DNA of 64,000 nucleotides from Akkermansiaceae bacterium (GCA_049596615.1 JBMYLT010000009.1:67768-131767), one strand, 5' to 3'; positions 27,684-37,603 are shown, numbered from the stretch's first letter. Notes: generated from the letters alone by a model not told the origin. Numbers and translations: made by a program.

Positions 27684-27968
27684 CTAACACCCGGCCTGCC
27701 GTTTTTTTGCAACTCCGGCGGGCGGGCGAATGATCAGCGTTGGCTTGTTTTGTCGTGCGACCACATTGGCCATAGTGAAGGTCTTGTCAGAGCCCGTGAC
27801 CCCCAGCAGCATTTGGTGCTGATTGCCAGCATCTAGCGACCACGAAAGCTTTTCGATTGCTTGTTGCTGATCGCCCTGAGTCTGGTAATCGCTGAACAAA
27901 TCAAATGCCCTATACTCTGGATATAGACCCGGTCGGCAGTGGCCAAAAGGACTGGTAGAAAGATCCAT
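27684..27968 (-). pseudogene. uvrB: Fragment of uvrB (about the first 75 residues only)
   Basis: '[59 protein letters not shown]' is collinear with the UvrB N-terminus ('GDQPxAI..L..GL..G...QTLLGVTGSGKTFT.ANVI....RPTLV'). The Walker A motif reads GSDKT instead of GSGKT. Homology ends after 'PTLII', and a stop follows 14 codons later. Confidence 0.7.
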
Positions 27969-28033
27969 GTGAATTGGAATGGACTGATTAGAAGGTAATA
28001 GATATTCCTTGAAAACTAAAACTTGTATCCATT

Positions 28034-28594
28034 ATGATCCCCACTGCGTCCATTGAACCTCTCCAAATTGTCAGCGGCGTCGTTGCTCTCATCGTGATTG
28101 CCATCATTACCTACAACGTCGCCCGGGCGATGAAGGGCAAGTTGGAGATTGAACTGCAAAAAAACGGTTTCAATAGCGGTGAGGAAATCGTCGGTCAGGT
28201 CACTCTGACGGCGAAGAAGTCACTAAATATGAATCGTATGTATGTGAGTTTAATCGGTCACGAGATAATCGAAAGACGTGACAGCGATGGTAACAAAAAA
28301 ACTCGCCGTAATGAGATTTACCGCAATGAAGTCAATATTCTTGAGGCCCAAATGGTGCCTGCGGGAACCCATGAGGCCTTTGATTTCACCATCAGTACTC
28401 CCGGAGCCTCCGTTACTCCAGCCAGTGAGACAGCCCAAAAGGTGGCCGATGTGGTGAATACCGCAGCCACCGCTCTTAATGCTCTTGGCATCAGCAATAG
28501 CCACCGCCGTCTCGAATGGAAGGTAGAGGCTCGTGCTGATCTTCCCGGCGTGGATATCGCCAAATCGCAGAAGGTCCGAGTGAATCTGATCTAA
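28034..28594 (+). CDS. Membrane-anchored arrestin-N/Spo0M-like protein
   Basis: One N-terminal TM segment (IVSGVVALIVIAIITYNVA). 'LEIELQKNGFNSGEEIVGQVTLTAKKSLNMNRMYVSLIGHE' matches the arrestin-N/Spo0M beta-sandwich pattern. It lies in a visibly A+T-richer stretch. Confidence 0.55.
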   Translation: MIPTASIEPLQIVSGVVALIVIAIITYNVARAMKGKLEIELQKNGFNSGEEIVGQVTLTAKKSLNMNRMYVSLIGHEIIERRDSDGNKKTRRNEIYRNEVNILEAQMVPAGTHEAFDFTISTPGASVTPASETAQKVADVVNTAATALNALGISNSHRRLEWKVEARADLPGVDIAKSQKVRVNLI

Positions 28595-28807
28595 ATGGAA
28601 TCATGCCAAATGATGGGCTGCAAATGGGTCGGCTGTCTTAGAATACACTCCACTGTAAATACATCGATAGATGCAGTTTTTGCGTCGGTCTTGTGATCGT
28701 GATGTCCTAGAATGTCACCAAATCACAGGATGTCTTATGCTCCAAAGTCACTTTGATCTAATAGCCCTTTTATCACTATCCGGGAGCTTTGCTTCTGAAA
28801 GACCTGA

Positions 28808-29056
28808 ACTGATTCGAGGAGAGGTCAAAGGGCTCACTTTGCCAAGCCCAAGGTGAAAAATGCCCTGAAGCGCAACGACTGGAACAAATACCGAATCATC
28901 TGCAAAGGCTCTCACATCCAGGTTGACGTCAACAGCACCCTCATCACCGACGTGTGGGACAACATGGATGCCTCAGGGCCGATCGGCATCCATCACCACG
29001 ACGAAAAAATCCTGCCTTATAAATTCCGCAATCTGCGGATCAAGGAACTGGAGTAA
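28808..29056 (+). pseudogene. C-terminal fragment of a DUF1080 (3-keto-disaccharide hydrolase-like) domain gene
   Basis: 'KPKVKNALKRNDWNKYRIICKGSHIQVDVNSTLITDVWD...GPIGIHHHDEKILPYKFRNLRIKEL' matches the last third or so of DUF1080 ('geWN.y.I.a.G..i.h.lNG...GpIgLQ.h...v.FRNIriKeL'). The frame opens only at 28808, after a TGA, and there is no N-terminal part. Confidence 0.55.
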
Positions 29057-29058
29057 TC

Positions 29059-30927
29059 TTACCGCGCTTCCGGAATGAGCTTGAGGGTGAGCTCCTTTTC
29101 TCCCCGCTTCACCTTAACGTCATACTTTTCGCCCGCCTTGGCTTTACTGAGTTCAGCGAAAAGGCTTTCGACGCCCTCGAGCTTCTGACCTGCAAAGCTC
29201 ACCATGATGTCCCCTTCCTTGAGACCGGCGCGTTCGGAGGGTGAATCCGCCACGACCTGAGTAATCAAGACACCCCCGCCCTGGTTGTCGCTTGGCATGA
29301 GACCAATGCGGACCCGCGGCATGTTGCGACGGCCCCGGCGAGGCTGTTCCACCTCGGCATAATCCGGAGCCTTGTCGCCCTTGGCAACTGCTCCGGTGAT
29401 GGCCTTCATGTATTTCGTGACTGCGTTGAGCCCCGGAAAGTCGATCTTGTCGATGGTGTCGGCCGGGGTGTGGTAATCGTCGTGTATTCCGGTGAAGAGA
29501 GCCAGGATAGGAACCCCTCCCGAGTAAAAGGGTGAAGCGTCGGTCGGCAGGAAAGGACTGGCGGAACGTTCGACCTCGAGATTGGGCACCTTGGCCAGCG
29601 AATCGAGTAATCCATTCCAAGCCTTGCTTGAAGCGGTGCCATGAACAGTCAACCCGTTCTCGGCGACACGCCCCACCATATCAAGATTGAGGTAAGCGGC
29701 AATTCGAGGATGTAGCGGCCCGTTGTCTTTGGTCGCCTCGGCCACGAAATGACGGGAACCGAAAAGGCCCATCTCCTCGCCGGACCAAGCGGCAAAGACA
29801 ATGTCACGTTTCATGTCGAGGGGGCCTTTCTTTCGCTGACTGGCGTAAAGCTGGGCAAGTTCCATGATCACCGCAACGCCCGAGGCATTGTCATCGGCCC
29901 CAACGTGCATCTTGGTCGCCTCAGCCCCTCGCGCGCGCGTTCCACCCCGATTGCCGTATCCCAAGTGATCGATATGACCACCAATGACAACCACCTCATC
30001 CGAGGGCTTTTCACCGACGACCAGTCGTGCAATGACATTTCGTCCCGTCAGGGGCTTAGTTTTAAAATTGATTTCGGCTCCGATCCGGCAGGACACCGGA
30101 AAACCTTTGACTCGGTCACCCTTGTTGTAGGAGTCGAACAAAGCTTGCAGTTCCTCCTGCTTGTCATTGGCGAGCAGAGTCGCGGCAACCCCATCGGTGA
30201 TGGTCATCGCGGGAAGGATCTGACCTCGTCCGCCCACATTAGCACTTGGATCAATGAGCTCGCTCGAAATGGTGGGATTTCCTGCTTTGACAAAGATGAT
30301 GCCGGCCGCCTTGCGCTCTTTGGCCGCATTAGCCTTGGCCACCAGAGGACCGAAGGACCGGAGCCCGCCATTTGAGCTGGGATTGCCTCGAAAAACCATG
30401 ACCCACTTCCCCTCGACATCAAGGCCCTCGAAACTGTTGTAACCGTCGGTCTCGATTCCGAACCCGGCAAAGACGATTCCAGCTTCCATTTTTCCGGGAC
30501 TGCTGAAGGAGAGTGGTTGATAGTGCTTCCCGGGAGTATAAGCAATATTCACACCCACCAGCTCCTCGACCTTCAGGGTCATGCTGTTTTTTCCTCCCAG
30601 CTTGGTTTCGGATCCCACGCCGAACGATTGAAAATAGCTCCCATCATCTCCAGCCGGCTCCAAATCGAGTCCCTTGAAAAAGCTGGCGAGATAGGCTGTC
30701 GCCATCCGCTCGCCCTGATCACCGGTGCCTCGTCCTTCGTATTCCCGTGAAGCCAGGCGAGTGACGTAACGGCGGAGATCCTTTTGGTTGATGGCAGCGC
30801 TGGTGGCACCGATTGCCATCATTCCTTGTCTCGTTGCCGTTGCTTCCGCATTGGCAAATTCGTTGGCGGAGAGGGCACCGAAGCTGGCGCCGAAGGCGAA
30901 AAGGAAAACGAGTTGGGTGAGTTTCAT
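29059..30927 (-). CDS. Exported M28-family aminopeptidase with PA insert and C-terminal PDZ domain
   Basis: Start set at ATG 30927 (MKLTQLVFLFAFGASFGALSA). 'VVIGGHIDHLG', 'GADDNASGVAVIMELA' and 'FAAWSGEEMGLFGS' are present. The C-terminal 'GVLITQVVADSPSERAGLKEGDIMVSFAG' is PDZ-like. Confidence 0.85.
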   Translation of the reverse strand: MKLTQLVFLFAFGASFGALSANEFANAEATATRQGMMAIGATSAAINQKDLRRYVTRLASREYEGRGTGDQGERMATAYLASFFKGLDLEPAGDDGSYFQSFGVGSETKLGGKNSMTLKVEELVGVNIAYTPGKHYQPLSFSSPGKMEAGIVFAGFGIETDGYNSFEGLDVEGKWVMVFRGNPSSNGGLRSFGPLVAKANAAKERKAAGIIFVKAGNPTISSELIDPSANVGGRGQILPAMTITDGVAATLLANDKQEELQALFDSYNKGDRVKGFPVSCRIGAEINFKTKPLTGRNVIARLVVGEKPSDEVVVIGGHIDHLGYGNRGGTRARGAEATKMHVGADDNASGVAVIMELAQLYASQRKKGPLDMKRDIVFAAWSGEEMGLFGSRHFVAEATKDNGPLHPRIAAYLNLDMVGRVAENGLTVHGTASSKAWNGLLDSLAKVPNLEVERSASPFLPTDASPFYSGGVPILALFTGIHDDYHTPADTIDKIDFPGLNAVTKYMKAITGAVAKGDKAPDYAEVEQPRRGRRNMPRVRIGLMPSDNQGGGVLITQVVADSPSERAGLKEGDIMVSFAGQKLEGVESLFAELSKAKAGEKYDVKVKRGEKELTLKLIPEAR

Positions 30928-31169
30928 AGCGGATAAACAACAGCGGAACGGCGATGTTCCCAAAATTTGCCGATGAATCTCGAAAAAGCAAATGCCACAC
31001 TCTCATATAGCAGTAGGATCGGGGGCGCCAATTTGAGACGGCTCACCAATTCCTCACGGGCTCCTTCATTCTTTAGTGTGTCAGCGCATTGGCAGGAAGA
31101 TCGGCCGCGGACACTCCTTTTTGTCGGAGTTCCTTGTTCGCTCGAAGCGCAATGAGATCAGCAATCGAG

Positions 31170-32993
31170 TTACCACCCCTGCACCTGAGCAATGCGCCCA
31201 AAAATGCTAATACCATACTTCCCTTTGGGAACGCCCTTTTTTTCGAGGTATTTCTTCACGAGCGGGAAGGCAGGTTCGCCCATCCAATCGATGACGTTAT
31301 GGAGCATGGACTCGTTGTTCGTTCCATTCAGCAGGAGATCTTCAAGGGAAGCGAAACCTTTCTCCGGTTCACCGAGTTTCACCAGAGTCCACGCGGCCAT
31401 CATACGGATTTCATGCTCATCATCCTGGAGGGCTTTCACGAGAACGTCAGCAGCTGGAGTTGCTTTTCCGTCAAGCAAGTGAAGTCCAACGATCGCCCAC
31501 CAACGCAAACCTTCGTCCTTGGACGACATCGCCTTGGTGAAGGCCTCAAGGTTTTTTGAATCCCTGGCCAAAGCAAGATCCGCGGCATCCAGATAAGACT
31601 CGAGCGGGTAGAGCTTCTTGTTCCGAACCATCTCGTAAATCGTTAGTTTGTTTGCGGCAGCCCGACGCACCCGCATCTGCTCCGGGAGCAAACCTGAATC
31701 GAAAAGCTCCAGCTGCTTTTTGCGCATGGCTTGCTTGAGCTCTGCGATTTTCGCTTGGTGTTCTTTGGCCTCGATGAGGTTTTGCACATTATCGAAGTCC
31801 TTCTGGTTATCGTAAAACTCCTCCGAAACCCGCGGCCTGAAAAAGCGACCGGTGATAGCGTCGGTCTTCCCTTCGCGGTGGTGCTGCTCCCAAGCCCGGG
31901 TCGCTTCAGCTTTCCAAAGGTAGGCGAGGTGTTGCCCGGCAGGAGCATAGGGCATGTAGTTCTTGTGATAGGCGAATCGCTCATCACGGATCATGCGGAC
32001 GCAATCGAGGCGCTCGTCGGCCCTTTCCCGGAAACCAAAATGATATTTTGGAGCAACTTCCGTCCTCTTGCCGAGAAAGACCGTCCCTTGAAAACTTGGC
32101 GGAATCTCCGCTCCCGCCAAGCTGAGCCAAGTCTTGGGCATGTCGACAAAACTTACTATCCGGTCAACGGTCATCCCAGGCTTTTCGGCCGGCCACATCT
32201 GCTTCCATTTCTCCGGAATACGCACAATGAGCGGGCAGTGAACCCCACTGGCATATACAAAGCGTTTGCTCCGTGCCATCACGCCACCGTGGTCAGAGTT
32301 GTAGATGACGATGGTGTCATCGGCGAGACCATCCTTCTTCAGGGCCTCAAGGCAGGCGGCCACTTTTGCATCCATCCGCTCTACAGCATCGGCGTAGATG
32401 GCATAGTTTTTTCGGATCGCAGGCAGATCGGGATGATAGGAAAATAACTTCATTTTCGAAGCATCGTCCTCTCCCTTTTTCACCGAACCATGGGCCCGGC
32501 TTTCGTGACTATCACCGATGTTCACGATGGCAAAAAATGGCTGCCCTTTTTTGCGAGCTCGCCAACCGTATTGCATCCCCTTGCCAACATCCCAGCCCTG
32601 CTTGTCGGGACGCCCCCCTATGTTGTAGTCTGTCTTGCCTGGATTCGAGGTGTGGTAGCCTGCCTTTTTTAAGAGATCGTGGTAGTAGGGAATCTTGTCG
32701 TGCGGAATCTCGTTTCGGCTGCGCATCGGCTGGGTGCCGTTGGAAATGGCATACATACCAGTGATCCAGCACGATCGGGTCGGGGCACAAACCGCGGCAT
32801 TATCGAAACAATGCAGGTATCGAAATCCCTCGGCGGCAAGTCCGTCGATGGCAGGCGTCTTGGCATTCGTTCCGCCGTAGCAACCCACCCAAGAGATTCC
32901 GTTGTCCTCGCTGGTGATCCAGAGGATGTTGGGTTTATCCGCGGCAAAAGCGAAAGAGAGACCGCCAAGAAAAAACAGGGGAAGTTTCAACAT
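31170..32993 (-). CDS. Exported sulfatase with C-terminal HEAT-like repeat extension
   Basis: 'PNILWITSEDNGISWVGCYGG' and the CxPxR motif 'CAPTRSCWITG'. The C-terminal 'EGLRWWAIVGLHLL...DEHEIRMMAAWTLVKLGE' is HEAT-like. Confidence 0.9.
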   Translation of the reverse strand: MLKLPLFFLGGLSFAFAADKPNILWITSEDNGISWVGCYGGTNAKTPAIDGLAAEGFRYLHCFDNAAVCAPTRSCWITGMYAISNGTQPMRSRNEIPHDKIPYYHDLLKKAGYHTSNPGKTDYNIGGRPDKQGWDVGKGMQYGWRARKKGQPFFAIVNIGDSHESRAHGSVKKGEDDASKMKLFSYHPDLPAIRKNYAIYADAVERMDAKVAACLEALKKDGLADDTIVIYNSDHGGVMARSKRFVYASGVHCPLIVRIPEKWKQMWPAEKPGMTVDRIVSFVDMPKTWLSLAGAEIPPSFQGTVFLGKRTEVAPKYHFGFRERADERLDCVRMIRDERFAYHKNYMPYAPAGQHLAYLWKAEATRAWEQHHREGKTDAITGRFFRPRVSEEFYDNQKDFDNVQNLIEAKEHQAKIAELKQAMRKKQLELFDSGLLPEQMRVRRAAANKLTIYEMVRNKKLYPLESYLDAADLALARDSKNLEAFTKAMSSKDEGLRWWAIVGLHLLDGKATPAADVLVKALQDDEHEIRMMAAWTLVKLGEPEKGFASLEDLLLNGTNNESMLHNVIDWMGEPAFPLVKKYLEKKGVPKGKYGISIFGRIAQVQGW

Positions 32994-33496
32994 AGGGAGT
33001 GAACCTTACGAGGATCAGTCTTTTAGTCGATCAGGATTTCGCTCGAGGTCTAGCGGCGCCGACGCAAAACGGGCAGCAAAGTAAGGCTTTTGCACAATCG
33101 TCAGAACGTTGGTATTTCCCTCTCCGACAAACTATCGGTTTCCGGGATCGGGCGTTGCTACCGATTGCCCAGAAATTGAAAAGATTCCGGGTTCGGGAAC
33201 GATTGCGATAATGGTTCCGGCCTTTACGATCCAATGAGCTCAGGAAGCAGCCACGAGCCTGAAAGCAGTAATAGTCTTTAACATGATTTGATTATGGTGA
33301 GGGTTTCCCGATACGAGCCCTCGTAGGAGGGCTCACTCGAAGGCTATCAATCTAACAGTCAAAAAAGAGGGAGCGCGATCAGATTAAAGTGAACCTTCCC
33401 CTGAAAACCATCAAGCGGAACGTCCCTTGTTTCCTTGTCAGCGAACAACCACCTCCCTAGCCTTGCCTACACACAATCTTCAGACACACCCATACA

Positions 33497-35428
33497 ATGC
33501 AACTTCTCGAAATCAGTTTGTTTCTCATCGCCATTATTGGCGTCATTGGTCTTGGCATTTGGAAGAGTAAAGACGGCGCTGAAGACAATAGCACCTCGGG
33601 CTATTTTCTTGCTGGACGAGGCCTGACCTGGTGGCTTGTGGGTTTCTCACTCATTGCGGCAAACATTTCGACCGAGCAGTTCGTGGGAATGGCCGGCTCC
33701 TCGGCCAATTGGCTGGGAATGGCCATTGCTTCTTACGAGTGGCTTGCAGGCTTCACTTTGGTTGTGGTCGGATTCATTTTCCTCCCCCGGTTCCTTCGCA
33801 CAGGCGTTTACACCATTCCCGAGTTTCTGGAACTCCGTTTCGGCGTAACTGCCCGTCTCGTGATGGCGATTTCAATGGTTATCGTTCTTGTGGTGGTGAC
33901 GACTGCCGCAGTGATTTTTTCAGGAGCGAAGTTTGTCTCAAACTACTACTCTGACGTGGCGGTTCTCAACAACCTGACAGCGGTCGGATGGATGATCGCG
34001 ATTTTTGCAGCCATCTATGTTTTTATCGGCGGCTTGAAAGCCTGTGCCTGGACTGACCTGATCTGGGGAGCCTCACTCATCGTTGGGGGAGCGATTGTGA
34101 TGTGGTTCACTTTCAGTGCCCTGGGCGAAGCTCCTGCGGAAGAGCTGATTAAAACCAAGGTTGAGAATTCCGAAGCAACGGTGGCTGATCTAGAAAACGC
34201 AGGCCCAATCGAGAGACTTTATCTTCTCAATGACGGCAAGGACGGAGAAGCAAATGCGGTTACGGGAATGAATGGATCAGGAGGGAAGATGCACATGGTC
34301 CGACCAAAGGATGACCCCGATATTCCGTGGACGGCCCTTCTCCTTGGTCTATGGATTCCGAACTTCTATTACTGGGGGCTTAACCAATACATCGTCCAGC
34401 GAACCCTCGGTTCCAAGTCCCTTGCAGAGGGGCAAAAGGGGATTGTCTTCGCTGCCTTCTTGAAGCTTCTCATTCCTTTCATCGTTGTCATTCCAGGCAT
34501 TCTGGCCTTCAACCTTTTCTCGGACGACCTCCACAAATCAGCATCGGAAAACAACCTGAAGGCCATCGAGGCCGTTGGAGAAAAGGAGCTCTTCACGGTT
34601 GATGCTCACTTTGTGAAGTTAGAGCCTGAAGCAGCAGAGAAAGTGATGCTTCACAACACAAGAATTTCAGGCGGCACGGCAATCACCTCATCAGGCCCAA
34701 AGGAGTTTGCCAAACTGCTCAATGAAGGAGCGACAGAGGCGATTGAAGCCGAAAAAGGAACGAGCGGTCCAAAACTGGTCGGTTACGATTACGACTCGGC
34801 CTTCCCGGTCCTCGTGCGAAATCTCATCAAGGAATACTGGTATCTCTCCTGGTTCGTTCTCGCGGCTTTGTTCGGAGCTGTCATTTCCTCCCTCGCCTCG
34901 ATGCTCAACTCGGCCTCGACAATTGCCACAATGGACCTCTACCAAAAGGCGACCAAAGAGGAGAATCCGGAGAAGTTGGTCAAAGTTGGAAAAACTTTTG
35001 TTGTTCTGTTCGTACTGATCGCAGCCTTGGTCGCTCCCAACTTTGAAAATCCCAAACTTGGGGGCGTCTTCAAAATTATTCAGGAATTCCAAGGCTTCTT
35101 GTCACCGGGAATCCTCTCAGTTTTTCTTTTCGGTTTCCTGTCACCCAAAACTCCGCGCATTTTCGGTGTGATCGGCATCGGGGTTAACATCGTGCTCTAC
35201 GGGATTCTTCTGTTTGCGGCGCCCGAGATGGCCTTCCTGAACAGGATGTCGATTTGCTTCCTAACTGTCGTGAGTATTGGCATCGTTCTCACCATTTTGA
35301 AGCCCTTGGCCGAGCCGGTCATCCTTCCAGTGAATGACGCCATTCCCTTGGAGTCCTCAAAAGGGGCCCGGGTCTGTGGAATTGCCGTTATGATCATGAC
35401 CGTCGCGCTTTACCTGCTTTTCTGGTAA
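33497..35428 (+). CDS. Sodium:solute symporter (SSS/SGLT family)
   Basis: 'YFLAGRGLTWWLVGFSLIAANISTEQFVGMAGS', 'YTIPEFLELRFG' and a 13-14 TM profile. Confidence 0.9.
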   Translation: MQLLEISLFLIAIIGVIGLGIWKSKDGAEDNSTSGYFLAGRGLTWWLVGFSLIAANISTEQFVGMAGSSANWLGMAIASYEWLAGFTLVVVGFIFLPRFLRTGVYTIPEFLELRFGVTARLVMAISMVIVLVVVTTAAVIFSGAKFVSNYYSDVAVLNNLTAVGWMIAIFAAIYVFIGGLKACAWTDLIWGASLIVGGAIVMWFTFSALGEAPAEELIKTKVENSEATVADLENAGPIERLYLLNDGKDGEANAVTGMNGSGGKMHMVRPKDDPDIPWTALLLGLWIPNFYYWGLNQYIVQRTLGSKSLAEGQKGIVFAAFLKLLIPFIVVIPGILAFNLFSDDLHKSASENNLKAIEAVGEKELFTVDAHFVKLEPEAAEKVMLHNTRISGGTAITSSGPKEFAKLLNEGATEAIEAEKGTSGPKLVGYDYDSAFPVLVRNLIKEYWYLSWFVLAALFGAVISSLASMLNSASTIATMDLYQKATKEENPEKLVKVGKTFVVLFVLIAALVAPNFENPKLGGVFKIIQEFQGFLSPGILSVFLFGFLSPKTPRIFGVIGIGVNIVLYGILLFAAPEMAFLNRMSICFLTVVSIGIVLTILKPLAEPVILPVNDAIPLESSKGARVCGIAVMIMTVALYLLFW

Positions 35429-35464
35429 AGCTTTCCACCGTTAGGAATTTCCACTCTTACCGCC

Positions 35465-36643
35465 ATGCTGCAAGCCAGCACACCCTTGAATGACCTTGCC
35501 CGTCACGCCTCACGGCTTCTGGAGCAGACCTACGGGGTGAAACCAACCTTCACCGCCACCGCCCCTGGCCGGGTCAATCTGATTGGCGAGCACATCGACT
35601 ACTGCGACGGCTTTGTTCTCCCGCTTGCCATCGAACGCTATGTCGTGATCGCAGCCCGGCCCACCAAAACCCGGACGGCACGTGTGGTCAGCGAAGGGCT
35701 GGAGCCAGTCGAAGTCGATCTGGCCTCCCCTCAGAAAGCAGGCAAGCCGGCGTGGTCCAACTATCTTCGCGGCATCATTCAAGGTTTTCAGAACCTTCAT
35801 TTCCATCTGCCCGGATTCGACGCAGCGATTGTTTCTTCGATACCGCTCGGAGCAGGGCTTTCTTCGTCAGCCGCTCTTTCATGCGCCTTTGCAACCTTGA
35901 TCGAAGGATTGGTCGATACCGTTCTTTCCACTGAAGAGAAGGCCCTCCTGGCCCAGACCGCCGAGCACCGGTTCGCCGGCGTTCCCTGTGGGATCATGGA
36001 TCAGTTTGCCTCGACCTTTGGCAAAAAGGACAGGTTGATCATGATCGACTGCCAGAACGGAGAGCCGGAACTCATCCCTTTTTCCGATCCCTCTCTTTCC
36101 GTGATCGTCGCGAGCACCAATGTCTCCCACGATCTCACCGATGGCAGCTATGCCGCCCGCCGGAAAGACACCGAGGACGGTTTGGCCCTTGTCGGAAAGA
36201 AGAGCTGGCGGGAAGTCACGATGAAAGACCTCTATGCTATTCAGGACCAGATGAGCGACCGGGTCTTCCGGCGTTCCAAGCATGTTGTCCGGGAAATCAA
36301 GCGAACCCTAAAAGCGGTGGAGGCATTCAGGTCCGGCGACTTTTCGAATATCGGCGATCTCATGGACAAGTCTCACCGCTCCCTGCGCGATGACTTCGAA
36401 GTCTCCTGCGACGAACTCGATCTCATGGTCGCACTCGCCAAGGAAATTGGTTTCGAAGGCGGGGTACTCGGAGCCCGCATGACGGGAGGAGGCTTTGGCG
36501 GATCTACCGTGACCTTATGCCGCACTGCTGATGCTCCGGCGATTGCGATCCGCATGCACCAACGTTATCGCGACGAAACGAACATCGAGCCACTTCTCTT
36601 TGTGACTCGACCGGCCAACGGCGCAAAGCTTTTATCGTTTTAG
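35465..36643 (+). CDS. galK: Galactokinase
   Basis: The galactokinase signature 'APGRVNLIGEHIDYCDGFVLPLAIE', the GHMP motif 'PLGAGLSSSAAL', and 'GARMTGGGFGGSTV'. Confidence 0.9.
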   Translation: MLQASTPLNDLARHASRLLEQTYGVKPTFTATAPGRVNLIGEHIDYCDGFVLPLAIERYVVIAARPTKTRTARVVSEGLEPVEVDLASPQKAGKPAWSNYLRGIIQGFQNLHFHLPGFDAAIVSSIPLGAGLSSSAALSCAFATLIEGLVDTVLSTEEKALLAQTAEHRFAGVPCGIMDQFASTFGKKDRLIMIDCQNGEPELIPFSDPSLSVIVASTNVSHDLTDGSYAARRKDTEDGLALVGKKSWREVTMKDLYAIQDQMSDRVFRRSKHVVREIKRTLKAVEAFRSGDFSNIGDLMDKSHRSLRDDFEVSCDELDLMVALAKEIGFEGGVLGARMTGGGFGGSTVTLCRTADAPAIAIRMHQRYRDETNIEPLLFVTRPANGAKLLSF

Positions 36644-37531
36644 TGGGAAACAAACGCGAACCACGAGGTCTTTGTCATCCTCGAGTTGTTCATAAACCTC
36701 GAATGGTTTCACTTTCTTGTCCTGCTTCAGCCGCTTGGCCCTGAGATGCATCATGCCCCCGGCCCAGGCATTTCCAAGATGGTAGAATTCGCCAAAATGC
36801 CGGACAGTGAACACCTCGGCCCCGGGAAATTCAAACAACTCCATGCCATCGGCCACCACCCCGGGCATCCGCTCCAGCCGGACGCCAGTGACGTAAACCA
36901 CGCGACGTTTTTTCGAGCACCACTTGTGGTAAACAGTCATGGCTTCTCCATCCGGGTAATGTTCCCGAACCTTCTGGTAGTCGGCCTCCATTTGCTCCGC
37001 CATTTTGTCCATCGGCAGGGTCCGTCGGATCCCCACTCCAAAAAACGGAGCACACCCCTCACGGCCCGGAACCTCAACGCGTGATCGGACCACTTCCTCC
37101 TCGGCAAGATCCTGCAGCATCCGCAAGCCACGCTCGTAATCCGCGCCGATCATTCGCTGCATCCACCATTTCATCCAAAAGATGAAGATGGGGATCTTGC
37201 TCTGCATGGCCCAAGTGACCTCGGTTCCGCCTTCCTTTTCTTCAAAGGTGAAAGTCACCTCAGCCTTGGTGCGATGCGGCTTCCAGATGGTCATTTCCAG
37301 ATTGATCGATTGATTGGGAACCTCACCCATTATCTCCATCCGGCCGTGCCCGCACGCGTCCCCGTTCCAGGAATAGACATTGTCCTCAAATTGCAACTCA
37401 AACCCTGGTGCCGCAATCAACCAAGGAGACCATTTTGGCAGGTTCTCGAAGCGCCTTACCAGTCGAAAGACTTCACCCAACGGTCGACGAATCAACCTAG
37501 AACGGGAGACGGTCAATTGAGGCATGGCCAA
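36632..37531 (-). CDS. Two-domain ligand-binding protein: SRPBCC (START/polyketide-cyclase-like) plus GyrI-like domain
   Basis: The N-terminal 'RSRLIRRPLGEVFRLVRRFENLPKWSPW' is SRPBCC-like. The C-terminal half ('FFGVGIRRTLPMDKMAEQMEADYQKV...FEVYEQ') resembles GyrI-like effector-binding domains. Confidence 0.6.
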   Translation of the reverse strand: MAMPQLTVSRSRLIRRPLGEVFRLVRRFENLPKWSPWLIAAPGFELQFEDNVYSWNGDACGHGRMEIMGEVPNQSINLEMTIWKPHRTKAEVTFTFEEKEGGTEVTWAMQSKIPIFIFWMKWWMQRMIGADYERGLRMLQDLAEEEVVRSRVEVPGREGCAPFFGVGIRRTLPMDKMAEQMEADYQKVREHYPDGEAMTVYHKWCSKKRRVVYVTGVRLERMPGVVADGMELFEFPGAEVFTVRHFGEFYHLGNAWAGGMMHLRAKRLKQDKKVKPFEVYEQLEDDKDLVVRVCFPLKR

Positions 37532-37603
37532 GCTTTATCACCAAAAACGCCTTGTTAACAACTCCGCTTGCACTTTCGCAAATCGAGGTTCCTTTTAAGA
37601 CCA

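Noticed and set aside
33315-33334. A perfect 8-bp hairpin (GAGCCCTC-gtag-GAGGGCTC) in the 503-nt sulfatase/SSS-symporter intergenic region. I considered it as a possible riboswitch or attenuator.
   Set aside because: It is an isolated short stem with no flanking T run and no recognisable riboswitch consensus. The long spacer is more simply a divergent promoter region.
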